Below are positions 1 to 9,381 of a stretch of 64,000 nucleotides of DNA, one piece after another. Origin of the DNA: a bacterium (lineage in GTDB: Bacteria; Hinthialibacterota; Hinthialibacteria; Hinthialibacterales; Hinthialibacteraceae); the NCBI GenBank assembly GCA_963662285.2, contig CAXXMV010000002.1, forward strand, positions 1,024,001 to 1,088,000, given 5' to 3'. The number at the start of each line of letters is the position of its first letter. Positions within the stretch are counted from its first letter, which is position 1. Under the pieces are notes generated by a model that was not told the origin of the DNA, ran no database searches, and saw nothing but the letters and a program-made list of their open reading frames with translations. Both the position numbers and the translations under genes were made by a program.

Positions 1-109
1 CTTGCTATTTTGTCTATTTATTAGTTTACAAATTCAGTATATTAATTATATTCGATTTGTGTTAAAAAGTTTGTATTATACTAAAATTTGAAAGGATATA
101 GATTTTATC

Positions 110-1315
110 ATGAAAACGACATCCCGTTTCTCTAATCTACTGTCAAAGCAACGTTTTATCATCGTTATTCTTCTTTTGTCGGTATTCACTCAATGCATCT
201 GGCCGGACGCGGCGTATATTGATGCGTCAAAATATCCCTCACTTCAGCAAGCCCTGGACGCTTTGCCCGAAGATGGCGGGCTGGTCAAATTCCCTCCAGG
301 GAAATTCCACATCAAAAGCCCATTGATTGTTAATAAAGAAAATGTACGCATCGAAGGCTGTGGCGCCGCTACCCACATAGTAAATCAAAGCGTCAATGGA
401 AGCGCTGCACTGATTCTACGCCACAAGGATTACGTCAAAGATGGTTCAAAACGGTTATGGCGCCTGCAACTGGCCGATTTCCGCATCAGCGGCGGCACGG
501 CCAGCGGCGATGGAGTCGCGGCCTATGGCATTAACGAAATATATCTAAGCGGCATGTCGATAGATCATAACGGCGGCAACGGCGTCAACCTGATCGATTG
601 CTATGAAGACCCCCGTATATCTGATTCGATTCTGACCTACAACGCAAAAACCGGGCTAAATATCCTGCGCGGCCATGATATCATAGTTAACGCCAACCAG
701 TTTGAAGAGAACCTGGACGCGGTGCGCTGCATCGACAGTTATAACCTATGCATGAATGGCAACAACCTCGACGATCACCTGCGGCATGGAGTCGTCATTG
801 AAAACACTTATGGCTCAGTTCTCTCTGGAAATATGATTGAGGAATGCAATGGCATCGCCGTCATCATGGACCGCGATTGCTATGGCAACACCGTCAGCGC
901 CAACGTCATTGCTCATAACTTAGGCGGGGGAGTAGACCTACGGGATGCATGGGGCTGCGCCGTCTCGGCCAACACTTTCACCATCAACGCCAAAAATTCC
1001 ATAACCGTCGGTCCCCAAAGCGGCCGTATAACCATTACCGGCAACAATTTCTCTAATGCCTACATCGGCGACAAAAACCGACGCGATGACGAAACCGGAG
1101 GAATCCTGCTCGATAAAACCAACGCCATAACCATAACCGGCAATATATTCTCTGGCATCTACAAAGAATCAATTCTTTCCATAGGCCAATGCTCTGAAAT
1201 AGTAATAACCGGAAACATCTCCGTACAAGGTTCAAGAGCCAAGCCGGGAGAATATCCACCCGTAAACCTTGAATCTGCCAATGCCAAATATGGCGTTAAT
1301 GAAGTTAAGGAATAA
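110..1315 (+). CDS. Secreted right-handed parallel beta-helix repeat protein (pectin lyase-like/NosD-like fold)
   Basis: N-terminal hydrophobic signal; SLQQALDALP..GGLVKFPPGKF start typical of pectate_lyase_3-like proteins; repeated I/V-S/T-G/A-N-x-F/I beta-helix rungs. Confidence 0.8.
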   Translation: MKTTSRFSNLLSKQRFIIVILLLSVFTQCIWPDAAYIDASKYPSLQQALDALPEDGGLVKFPPGKFHIKSPLIVNKENVRIEGCGAATHIVNQSVNGSAALILRHKDYVKDGSKRLWRLQLADFRISGGTASGDGVAAYGINEIYLSGMSIDHNGGNGVNLIDCYEDPRISDSILTYNAKTGLNILRGHDIIVNANQFEENLDAVRCIDSYNLCMNGNNLDDHLRHGVVIENTYGSVLSGNMIEECNGIAVIMDRDCYGNTVSANVIAHNLGGGVDLRDAWGCAVSANTFTINAKNSITVGPQSGRITITGNNFSNAYIGDKNRRDDETGGILLDKTNAITITGNIFSGIYKESILSIGQCSEIVITGNISVQGSRAKPGEYPPVNLESANAKYGVNEVKE

Positions 1316-1333
1316 TAGTGGGCAAAATATCCG

Positions 1334-1372
1334 GTAGGGTGGGCTAAAAGCCGCAAAGCGGCGTAGCCCACC
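1334..1372 (+). repeat. REP-like GTAG-led palindrome, copy 1
   Basis: GTAG-GGTGGGCTA-AAA-GCCGC-AAA-GCGGC-G-TAGCCCACC: nested stems preceded by the GTAG tetranucleotide. Confidence 0.65.
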
Positions 1373-1559
1373 AAAGCCACTTATGATTTGTATACTGCTC
1401 CAGTATTACCCCTACGGACTCCACGCAAATCCCGCCAAAACCTCCATCCATCTAAACAGGCTCAACTATATTCCAATCTATTTTCTATATTATGACCGGA
1501 TAAAATCCAATTCGGATTTATAAATGCCAAAATAAATTAATAAGAGAAGGATTACAAAT

Positions 1560-1754
1560 ATGATTAATGCTGAGTCTTTAGTATCGGATGTCTTATCACA
1601 ACACCCCAATGTCTGGGATGTTTTTCTACGGCATGGCATGTGCAGTAGCTGCCAGGAGTCGCCCCCGCCGGTTTCCATACAGCATTTTGTAGAGAAGCAT
1701 GTTGGAGGCGATATTAATCAATTTCTAAGCGAATTAACCGAAGCAATCAACTGA
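1560..1754 (+). CDS. DUF1858-like small protein with CxxC
   Basis: VSDVLSQHPNVWDVFLRHGMCSSC and ..DINQFLSEL pattern resemble DUF1858; AGAAGGA RBS upstream. Confidence 0.65.
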   Translation: MINAESLVSDVLSQHPNVWDVFLRHGMCSSCQESPPPVSIQHFVEKHVGGDINQFLSELTEAIN

Positions 1755-1770
1755 AAAGATAAACTGAATT

Positions 1771-1807
1771 AGGTAGGCTAAAAGTCGCTAAGCGACTTAG
1801 CCTACCT
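1771..1807 (+). repeat. REP-like palindrome, copy 2 (may also act as terminator)
   Basis: AGGTAGGCTAAAAGTCGCTAAGCGACTTAGCCTACCT; same architecture as 1334-1372. Confidence 0.6.
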
Positions 1808-1935
1808 GAATACTCCGAAAATATTTATCCGCTATTCCATGACTCATCAAGAATCCACCCTGGATTGATATATAATATGTGAAGATACAGTTGTTTGAAC
1901 CAATAATCCCTCACCTTTGAAATGATCAAGATTAA

Positions 1936-3387
1936 ATGATGGATGCTGCAGAACAAAATATGATATTATTAACCGGCGCTACTGGTTATATCGGCGGGCG
2001 TTTGCTTTCTGCTTTGGAAAGCAATGGTTATCGGATTCGTTGTCTGGTTCGATGTCCTAAGAATCTTGCACATAAAAAATCGGATTCAGTCGAAATTATT
2101 AAAGGCGATGTCTTTGATCCTGGTTCATTATATAAGGCTATGGAGAACGTCTCGGTTGCTTTTTACCTGGTTCACTCCATGACCTCGCCGGGAGATTTCG
2201 AATCTAAAGACCGCATCGCTGCGCAAAACTTTGGAGAAGCGGCGCTGCAAGCGGGCGTTAAGAGAATTGTATATTTAGGTGGATTAGGCGATTCGGAAGA
2301 CCTTTTATCGACGCATTTAAAAAGCCGTCATGAGGTAGGACGAATTCTGCGGCAGTGTGGCGTGCCAGTTATAGAATTACGGGCCTCCATCGTCATCGGA
2401 TCGGGCAGTTTATCTTTTGAAATGATTCGCGCCCTGGTGGAACGGCTGCCGGTTATGATCACTCCCCGCTGGGTTTCGGTATCCGCTCAACCAATATCCA
2501 TTACTGACGTCCTCTACTTTTTAGAATCATCTATCAACCTTTCTATTAATGACAGCCGTGTGTTTGAGATTGGCGGAAGGGATGTTGTCTCCTATAAAGA
2601 AATTATGCAGGAATATGCGCGTCAGCGGGGATTAAAGCGCCTTATGATTCCCGTTCCTGTTTTGACTCCCTATTTGTCCAGCCTGTGGTTGGGATTAATA
2701 ACGCCTTTGTTCGCCCGTATCGGTCGCAATATGATTGATAGTATACGTCATACTACCGTTGTTAATGACGCCTCCTCCAATGACGTCTTCGGCATACAAC
2801 CCCAGGGCGTATCTGAAGCCATCTCTGCTGCGTTATGCAATGAAGATCATGAAATCGCGCAAACGAGCTGGTTCGATTCTCTCTCTTCTTCCGGATATTG
2901 GACAAAGGTAGAAACCGAGCAGTATGGAAACCGGATCATTGATTCCAGAAGTTATAAAGTTAACGCGCCCGCCTCTATTGTATTCCAAGCCATCGAACAA
3001 ATCGGAGGAGATCGGGGATGGTATTATGGAAATTGGCTCTGGAAAATCCGCGGATGGATGGACCTGTTTGCGGGAGGTGTGGGAATGCGCCGGGGCAGAC
3101 GCGACCCACATCACGTACATATTGGAGATGCAATCGATTGGTGGCGAGTTGAACAAATCGAAGAAAGCAAGATTCTACGATTAAAAGCGGAAATGAAAGT
3201 CCCTGGAAGAGCCTGGATACAATTTGAAGTAAGACCTGATCAAGATGGCTCTATCATCAGTCAGACGGCGATATTCGATCCCTTGGGATTATGGGGACTC
3301 TTATATTGGTATGCACTGTATCCCGTTCATTGTTTCGTTTTTGCAGGCATGATTCGTAATATTGCAAAATGGGCTGAAAACCAATAG
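1936..3387 (+). CDS. SDR/NAD(P)-binding oxidoreductase with C-terminal DUF2867 (YbjT-like)
   Basis: TGATGYIG Rossmann motif, YLVHSM, HLKSRHEVG; C-terminal IGGDRGWYYG, DWWRVE, AEMKVPGRAW. Confidence 0.85.
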   Translation: MMDAAEQNMILLTGATGYIGGRLLSALESNGYRIRCLVRCPKNLAHKKSDSVEIIKGDVFDPGSLYKAMENVSVAFYLVHSMTSPGDFESKDRIAAQNFGEAALQAGVKRIVYLGGLGDSEDLLSTHLKSRHEVGRILRQCGVPVIELRASIVIGSGSLSFEMIRALVERLPVMITPRWVSVSAQPISITDVLYFLESSINLSINDSRVFEIGGRDVVSYKEIMQEYARQRGLKRLMIPVPVLTPYLSSLWLGLITPLFARIGRNMIDSIRHTTVVNDASSNDVFGIQPQGVSEAISAALCNEDHEIAQTSWFDSLSSSGYWTKVETEQYGNRIIDSRSYKVNAPASIVFQAIEQIGGDRGWYYGNWLWKIRGWMDLFAGGVGMRRGRRDPHHVHIGDAIDWWRVEQIEESKILRLKAEMKVPGRAWIQFEVRPDQDGSIISQTAIFDPLGLWGLLYWYALYPVHCFVFAGMIRNIAKWAENQ

Positions 3388-3417
3388 CCATAAACTAAAA
3401 TCCTTAATCCTCCTACT

Positions 3418-4233
3418 CTAAATCGGATTATGTTTAATCTTTTCCGATGACGCGGCGTCACCAACGCCTCTGCGCAATGCCTCCAGGTCTTGACTGAGTC
3501 CTTTACGAAAAAACGCTACGTCAGAGAGCCGTAGGATCAAGTTAAGCCCTGCTTTCATCCATTCGATTTCCTGATCAATAGAGGGGCAATTATGCATCCC
3601 CACTCCAACATTAGCCGCCCGCGCTTTTGCTATGATCCCGCGTACGGTTTTATCGAAATCGGGATGGTCATATTGCTCCGGGATGCCAAGGCTGCATGAC
3701 AGGTCGTGTGGGCCGATCAAGACAGCATCCAATCCGGGAACCGCCAGGATGTCGTCCAACGCTTCCACCGCCGGGACGCTTTCAATATTAACGATCAATG
3801 CGTTGTTGGCGTTATACTGTTGCAGATAATCCGCCAGTTCACCTTGCGGTACGCTTTGGCCGGATAGGATTTCCTGGAGTTTACGGCCTTTGATAGGACG
3901 CAGTTTGACCGCACCCCGCAAGGCCTGGACTTCTTCGACAGTCTCCACGTAAGGGGCGACAACGCCTGCAGCACCTGTGTCCAGGGCCTTACTGGCTTCG
4001 TAAGGATCGGGTCTGGTGATCCGCACGATGGGCGCAAAACCGAGGGCGCCATAGGCTCTGCACATCCAACCCAATTCATGCGTCCCCAGGGGGATATGCT
4101 CGGTGTCGATGAAGACGCAGTCCATATCAATCCCTTGCAACTCTTTGATCCAATGTGGAGAGGGTGAGACGATTAACGTTCCGTATATTCGCCGCCCACC
4201 GCGCAGGGCTTCTCCCAGTTCTTTACCGTTCAT
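3418..4233 (-). CDS. HpcH/HpaI aldolase/citrate lyase family protein
   Basis: FIDTEH, LDTGAAGVVAPYVET, NIES, IGPHDLSCSLG motifs. Confidence 0.85.
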   Translation of the reverse strand: MNGKELGEALRGGRRIYGTLIVSPSPHWIKELQGIDMDCVFIDTEHIPLGTHELGWMCRAYGALGFAPIVRITRPDPYEASKALDTGAAGVVAPYVETVEEVQALRGAVKLRPIKGRKLQEILSGQSVPQGELADYLQQYNANNALIVNIESVPAVEALDDILAVPGLDAVLIGPHDLSCSLGIPEQYDHPDFDKTVRGIIAKARAANVGVGMHNCPSIDQEIEWMKAGLNLILRLSDVAFFRKGLSQDLEALRRGVGDAASSEKIKHNPI

Positions 4234-4329
4234 AATTAATGCTACTCCTATGATGAGAGTTTACTCCACATGGTATTATTTTTATACATTATGTGAATCC
4301 TGACTATCCAAATTAAGACAACAAAAATC

Positions 4330-5706
4330 TCACATAACTGGCGCATCAACTACCCTACCATTATTCGGCAATACCACCTCGCCTTCAACCGCTGGATTAT
4401 ATCCGCGGATATTCCAACGCTTTACGCGGCCATAGTAGGCGCCGTTGATGGCCGCCGCGAAGGGCAGGGATTTCATTCCATTGCGGCGCAACGCATGACG
4501 CGCCAGGCGCATGGCGATGCGCCGGGGTCGGTAGAATTCACGCGTGATCCAATCATGCCCGGCTTGCAGCTGCGCCACGCTCATGCCTTTGGGTTTGAAG
4601 ACCACGTGATGGAAATCGTAATTCGACCAATCGGGATCAATAATGCGGCGCTGCATGACGTTCATCTGCGGCGTACCGGGAAGCGGGGTGAAGATCGAAG
4701 CCTGGATCAGATCAATCTCCAGTTGATCCAACAGTTTCAAGGTTCGCTGAAATACTTCTGGATCATCTCCATCAAAACCAAACACAATCCCGGCCTCAAC
4801 GCCGATGCCGTTGCGGTGCAGGATGTTAATGGCCTCGCGGTATTTCTCTACCTTGTTGAAGGATTTATTTACATGATCCAGATTGCGCTCTGAAAAGGTC
4901 TCTAAACCAACGAACAAACCCACGCAACCAGCTTGCGAAGCGAGTTTTACCAATGCTTCATCTTCTGCGATATCAAGGGTTGACTGGGTGATCCATAATT
5001 TCTTCAGCGGAATCATCGCTTGAAATAGCTCACGCGCATAATCGGCGTCAGCCGTCAGGTTGTCGTCGACAAAGATAAATTTTCGGGATGGTATTTTGGC
5101 GATATCAGAAACCACCTCATCAACCGGACGCCGCTTGTGCACTCCTCCATTAAATGCCGAAACCGAGCAAAAGGCGCACTTATGGGGGCAGCCGCGGGTG
5201 GCCTGTACTGGATAGGTTGAATACCGCCCCAGTTTCAGCAGGTTATATGGCGGCGTCTTAAAACCGGAGAATGGGCGGGGCTTTTTGGTTTTATAAACGC
5301 CTTGCATAACGCCGCGCTGCGCATCCTCAACAACCTGGCGCCAGATTCCCTCAGCGTCGCCCGCCACCACCGCATCCGCATGTTGCAGCGCTTCATCGGA
5401 GCAAAAAGTAGGATGCATCCCGCCCAGCACCACTGGAACCTTTCGCGCCCGGAATGCGTCGGCAATCTCATAAGCCCGCGGCGCCAGGGCGGTCATGCAG
5501 GTTAGGCCCACTAAATCGACGGGAGCGTTCCAGGGGATATCGTCGAATTGCTCATCAATTATCTGTACGTTATGTTCTTCCGGCGTATCGGCTGCCACTG
5601 AAAGAAGACTGAGCAGCGAAAACCGGAACGTTTTTCCATTAAAAATGCGTGAGCGCCCGATGCGCTGCCATTTTCCGCTGGATGGCGCAATCAGTAAAAT
5701 ATTCAT
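4330..5706 (-). CDS. B12-binding radical SAM protein
   Basis: GGMHPT B12-binding region, TRGCPHKCAFC (CxxxCxxC), FVDDN, GLET, TPLPGT; start moved to the ATG at 5706 following AAAGGAGA RBS. Confidence 0.85.
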   Translation of the reverse strand: MNILLIAPSSGKWQRIGRSRIFNGKTFRFSLLSLLSVAADTPEEHNVQIIDEQFDDIPWNAPVDLVGLTCMTALAPRAYEIADAFRARKVPVVLGGMHPTFCSDEALQHADAVVAGDAEGIWRQVVEDAQRGVMQGVYKTKKPRPFSGFKTPPYNLLKLGRYSTYPVQATRGCPHKCAFCSVSAFNGGVHKRRPVDEVVSDIAKIPSRKFIFVDDNLTADADYARELFQAMIPLKKLWITQSTLDIAEDEALVKLASQAGCVGLFVGLETFSERNLDHVNKSFNKVEKYREAINILHRNGIGVEAGIVFGFDGDDPEVFQRTLKLLDQLEIDLIQASIFTPLPGTPQMNVMQRRIIDPDWSNYDFHHVVFKPKGMSVAQLQAGHDWITREFYRPRRIAMRLARHALRRNGMKSLPFAAAINGAYYGRVKRWNIRGYNPAVEGEVVLPNNGRVVDAPVM

Positions 5707-5822
5707 GATCGTCTCCTTTGTGCATCTATGCACAGTTTGTATATAAACAATAAGGATAAACAACTAAGCATTTCAGTTCTCCCCGGTTGTATTTTTTGGG
5801 ATAATATTTGTGCTATATATAT

Positions 5823-5851
5823 AGACTATACACATATAAACTATCTGTCAA
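5823..5851 (-). promoter_or_regulatory. Putative sigma70 promoter for the radical SAM gene
   Basis: Minus strand TTGACA-17 nt-TAGTCT, overlapped by an imperfect palindrome. Confidence 0.4.
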
Positions 5852-5888
5852 TAGGAGATTTGGGTATGAGCATGATTTATTGATGAGA

Positions 5889-6809
5889 TTATTCTTTATC
5901 TCTTGACCATCTTGCCGCCAGGGCGGTTCCGGTTATATTGTGCCATACGCTGAAGAGGGCGCTGGGTAGAGCGGCGAGCGCTCCGAAGCCGGTGGATTTC
6001 AGGGCTAGAGCCAGAGCCAGGCCGGAATTTTGCATGCCTACCTCAATGGCCAGGGTGCGCCTTATGGCTTTATCGCCGGATAGCATGGCGCCGACAAGAT
6101 AGCCCAGGGTTAATCCAGCAGCATTATGGATTATAACTGCTGCGGCCACAGTCATAGATGCGCTGGCTATTTTGCCTGCATTCAATCCAACGACGCAGGC
6201 GATGACGGCTAGGATGATACCAGTGGATAACAACGGGAAATAACCCAGAACAGGCTTGATTTTGTTCCCGGAAATAGTACGCATAGTTAAGCCCAGGATG
6301 ACGGGAACCAGTACGATGCGCATAACATCCCACATCATCTTGGATACGTCTACATCAACTTCAGCATGGGCGTAAAACCAGGTGAGCCAGGGCGTCAACA
6401 GTGGGGCCAGCAGGGTTGATGCCAGGGTTAAGGATACGGATAGTCCCACGTTGGCGCGCGCCAGATAGGTGATGACGTTTGATGCAGTTCCTCCGGGGCA
6501 TGATCCTAATAATACAAGCCCGGCAATAAGTTCGGGATTCAATCCCAGCGCTTTGCCAATCAAAAAACCCAGCAACGGCATGATGGCGTATTGCGCGGCG
6601 ACGCCTGCAAAAAGAAAGCGGGGTTGTTTTAGCACTCTTTTGAAATCTGCGGCCTCTAAAGTCATCCCCATGCCAAACATTATGATTCCTAATAAAAGGG
6701 CGATATGCGGCCGCATCCAGACGAATCCTGCTGGATAGAATAATGCTATCGATGAAATGCCGAGGGCTAAAAAGGCCAGATTGTTTTCTATGAATTGCCG
6801 GATGCTCAT
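5889..6809 (-). CDS. Bile acid:sodium symporter family transporter (BASS, PanS/YocS-like)
   Basis: IMFGMGMTL, AQYAIMP, SCPGGTASNV, IEVGMQNSGLA, FSVWHNITG; multiple TM helices. Confidence 0.9.
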   Translation of the reverse strand: MSIRQFIENNLAFLALGISSIALFYPAGFVWMRPHIALLLGIIMFGMGMTLEAADFKRVLKQPRFLFAGVAAQYAIMPLLGFLIGKALGLNPELIAGLVLLGSCPGGTASNVITYLARANVGLSVSLTLASTLLAPLLTPWLTWFYAHAEVDVDVSKMMWDVMRIVLVPVILGLTMRTISGNKIKPVLGYFPLLSTGIILAVIACVVGLNAGKIASASMTVAAAVIIHNAAGLTLGYLVGAMLSGDKAIRRTLAIEVGMQNSGLALALALKSTGFGALAALPSALFSVWHNITGTALAARWSRDKE

Positions 6810-6964
6810 GCGTAAAGACCTTTACTGGTTGGATAAAGTGTTTGCTGATGGCGCCTTACCCTGGAATTCTCCCGGCTAGTCTCCGGACACATTGCTAAAT
6901 TGATGCAGTGGCAATGCACCTACCTCTGATGAACTAAAAAAACTCTACCAAGAACCAGGGAAAC

Positions 6965-7037
6965 GGGGAGCATCGGCTTCTAGCCGGTAAGCCAATCCCT
7001 CTCTATTTGACGCACCGGCTGGAAGCCGATGCTCCCC
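6965..7037. repeat. REP-like 24-bp inverted repeat pair
   Basis: GGGGAGCATCGGCTTCTAGCCGGT (6965-6988) and ACCGGCTGGAAGCCGATGCTCCCC (7014-7037), 23/24 complementary. Confidence 0.7.
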
Positions 7038-7075
7038 ACTCTATTATGTTATCCACTCTATGATGTTACCCGTTT

Positions 7076-7113
7076 CATTCTACTCTCCTGATTTGTCTCG
7101 GGAGAGTAGAATG
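7076..7113 (-). terminator. Hairpin downstream of sulfatase, possible terminator
   Basis: CATTCTACTCTCC / GGAGAGTAGAATG 13-bp perfect stem; no strong U tract. Confidence 0.4.
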
Positions 7114-7151
7114 GAAGGATAGGGGACAGAGGCGTTCGTTTATATATTCGT

Positions 7152-8672
7152 TTATTTTTTCTTACCCTCTTCACGCCAGGTGAGGAAATATTCCAATTTT
7201 TGTTCGATATTTAATCCCAGCGGGATATCTTTGGCGGCGGGATGAGTTGGTTCGAGGCGCTCAAGCATTTCCATCTCAAACTCTAGAATTAATTTTTTAT
7301 AACTTAAATGAGATGCCAGATTGAACATCTCAGCGGGGTCTTTCTCAATATCATAAAGCAATTTTGTTATCCCCGGCAATGGTTTGCCGGTCTGATAACC
7401 ATCTTGACGCAGCCGCTTACCAGTTCCAAAAATAAACTTGTATTTATCGGTGCGGATCATGGCTTCTTCGTTTTCATAGTACTCGCAGAAAACTGAATCG
7501 CGTATTTTATCCTTCTCGCCTTTGAGCAATGGCATCAGACTGAATCCATCAATCTCTTTTGGATTATCCGCGCCGCAAAATTCGGTGATGGTGGGGAAGA
7601 TATCGATAAACTCGACCAGTCCATCGGCTTTGACGTCATAACGCTCAGAATCGGGCAGACGCATAATCAATGGAGCGCTGACCGATTCCTCGAAATGAGT
7701 ATGCTTCTCAAAGCGCCCGTGATGCCCCAGGCTGTAACCGTGGTCGCCCAGATAAATAACCAGCGTCTTATCGCTTAAACCGGATTCATCCAACGTATCC
7801 AAAACGCGCCCTACGTTATGATCCATATACTCGGTCGATGTGTAATAAGCGGCGGTGATATTTCGTTTTTCATCGTCAGTCAGATTGCGGAAAATTTCAG
7901 GAATCTGCCAGTCATCTTCGCCTCCGACCGGGGGGACTCCGAAATCATCTGGATCGAATGATCCACTATATTCAATCGGGAAGCGGAACGGCGAATGCGG
8001 TTCATAAAAGCTGACAATCAGAAAGAATGGATTCTCTGAGTTGGCATGATCGCGCAAATACTTTTGACCTTGCCGGGCGAAAAAGGTTCCCGCCATATCA
8101 TTATCATAAGCGCCGAATGGATGATACATGCCATTAAGCCAAATCCGGGCGTGATCCTTAAACGGCTTCCACTGCGGCAGAACCTTGATCCCATCTGGAA
8201 CCGGACGCGCTGGATGCTCTTTGAGATAAGCGCGGTGATCTTTATGATCGATATGTTTATCGAAGCCATGAGTCAAACCACTGTTGAAATGCATTTTGCC
8301 GATTGCGGTGGTATCGTAGCCTATCTCTCCTAGCACTTCAGCCAGCGTGGTAGTCTCATCCGGCAAGGCGGTTGTTAGTTGAGTGACTTCAATGGAGTGC
8401 GGCATCCGTCCGGTCAACAGCGATTGTCGTGATGCAGTACACATAGGGCAATTGACGAACGCTTCAGTGAAAGTGACGCCGGTACGCGCCAGCCGGTCTA
8501 TATTCGGAGTGCGCGCCTGTTTATTGCCATAAGCTCCACATACATAAGAAGCATGGTCATCGGCTATAATCAGCAGTACATTAGGCAACTTGGCCGCATA
8601 AGCCGCCACCGACTGCATCAGAGCCAAAAGCATCGTTATCAAAGCCACCAGAAAATACCGCGCGCCATTCAT
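7152..8672 (-). CDS. Secreted Cys-type sulfatase (choline-sulfatase-like)
   Basis: Signal peptide; PNVLLIIADDH, CTASRQSLLTGR, GKMH, PHSP, GDHG motifs. Confidence 0.9.
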   Translation of the reverse strand: MNGARYFLVALITMLLALMQSVAAYAAKLPNVLLIIADDHASYVCGAYGNKQARTPNIDRLARTGVTFTEAFVNCPMCTASRQSLLTGRMPHSIEVTQLTTALPDETTTLAEVLGEIGYDTTAIGKMHFNSGLTHGFDKHIDHKDHRAYLKEHPARPVPDGIKVLPQWKPFKDHARIWLNGMYHPFGAYDNDMAGTFFARQGQKYLRDHANSENPFFLIVSFYEPHSPFRFPIEYSGSFDPDDFGVPPVGGEDDWQIPEIFRNLTDDEKRNITAAYYTSTEYMDHNVGRVLDTLDESGLSDKTLVIYLGDHGYSLGHHGRFEKHTHFEESVSAPLIMRLPDSERYDVKADGLVEFIDIFPTITEFCGADNPKEIDGFSLMPLLKGEKDKIRDSVFCEYYENEEAMIRTDKYKFIFGTGKRLRQDGYQTGKPLPGITKLLYDIEKDPAEMFNLASHLSYKKLILEFEMEMLERLEPTHPAAKDIPLGLNIEQKLEYFLTWREEGKKK

Positions 8673-8784
8673 AATCGATCTCCCTCAGGATTTGTTTTGA
8701 TATTTATAATTTAACATAATTGGCTTGTTATTAACAGATGGAGAAGAATTTAGTGAAGCAGTCGGTGGGATCAAGACGGATTTC

Positions 8785-9381
8785 TTATTGGTTGTTTTTT
8801 TCTTCTGTCAGGGTATCAATATCATCTAATAAAGGCATTGGATATTTTTCTTTCATGAAATCACTAGGAGTTAATATTCTTATTTTTTCACCATCTCTAG
8901 TTTCAAATACATTGTTTAAGGAAATCAACCGTCTTCTTGCTTTTTTGCGGTTTTGGGGACGTTGGTCACCATCGTAAGTCAAGAACCATTTAATATTACG
9001 CTCAGAAGAGGTGGCAATATGTATAGAATCCTCAAAATCTATCTTTTAATGATACTTTTGCCGTATATCTTGAGTTTTATATCCAATCGCCCTATCAACA
9101 TTTATAATCTGTATAAATTCGTGTAGAAGAAATGACCTTATTATTTGAATATCCTCTTCAGGAATTTCACCATCTAATTTAAAAGCCTCTGTTATTGTTA
9201 TCGCCGAAGTGGCTATTATTAATTCTTTCTTTTCTGCTTTTTCAATAAGCATTGCGATTTCTTGATGACGATCAGTCATGGTTGCTTCTTTTTGATGATC
9301 CGTCTTATTTTTTTCTTCTTTCAAGAACGCAAAAAATATACACGTATCCCAATAAATTAATTCTCTTTTTTTAGCTGACAT
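8785..9381 (-). pseudogene. PIN-domain (VapC-like) nuclease interrupted by one in-frame TAA at 9046-9048
   Basis: IYWDTCIF and ITITE lie before the stop; the same frame continues KIDFEDSIHIATS...WFLTYDG and merges with ORF 8785-8982, supplying the remaining PIN acidic residues. Confidence 0.8.

Noticed and set aside
6810-6925. Assignment to SAM-I, lysine or glycine riboswitch classes
   Set aside because: Only fragmentary resemblance (ATCAGAG, GGAGA); the full conserved cores are missing.
9046-9048. Alternative genetic code or Sec/Pyl recoding to explain the PIN stop
   Set aside because: The codon is TAA, not TGA or TAG, and TAA ends many core genes here (rpsL, fusA, tuf, rplC).
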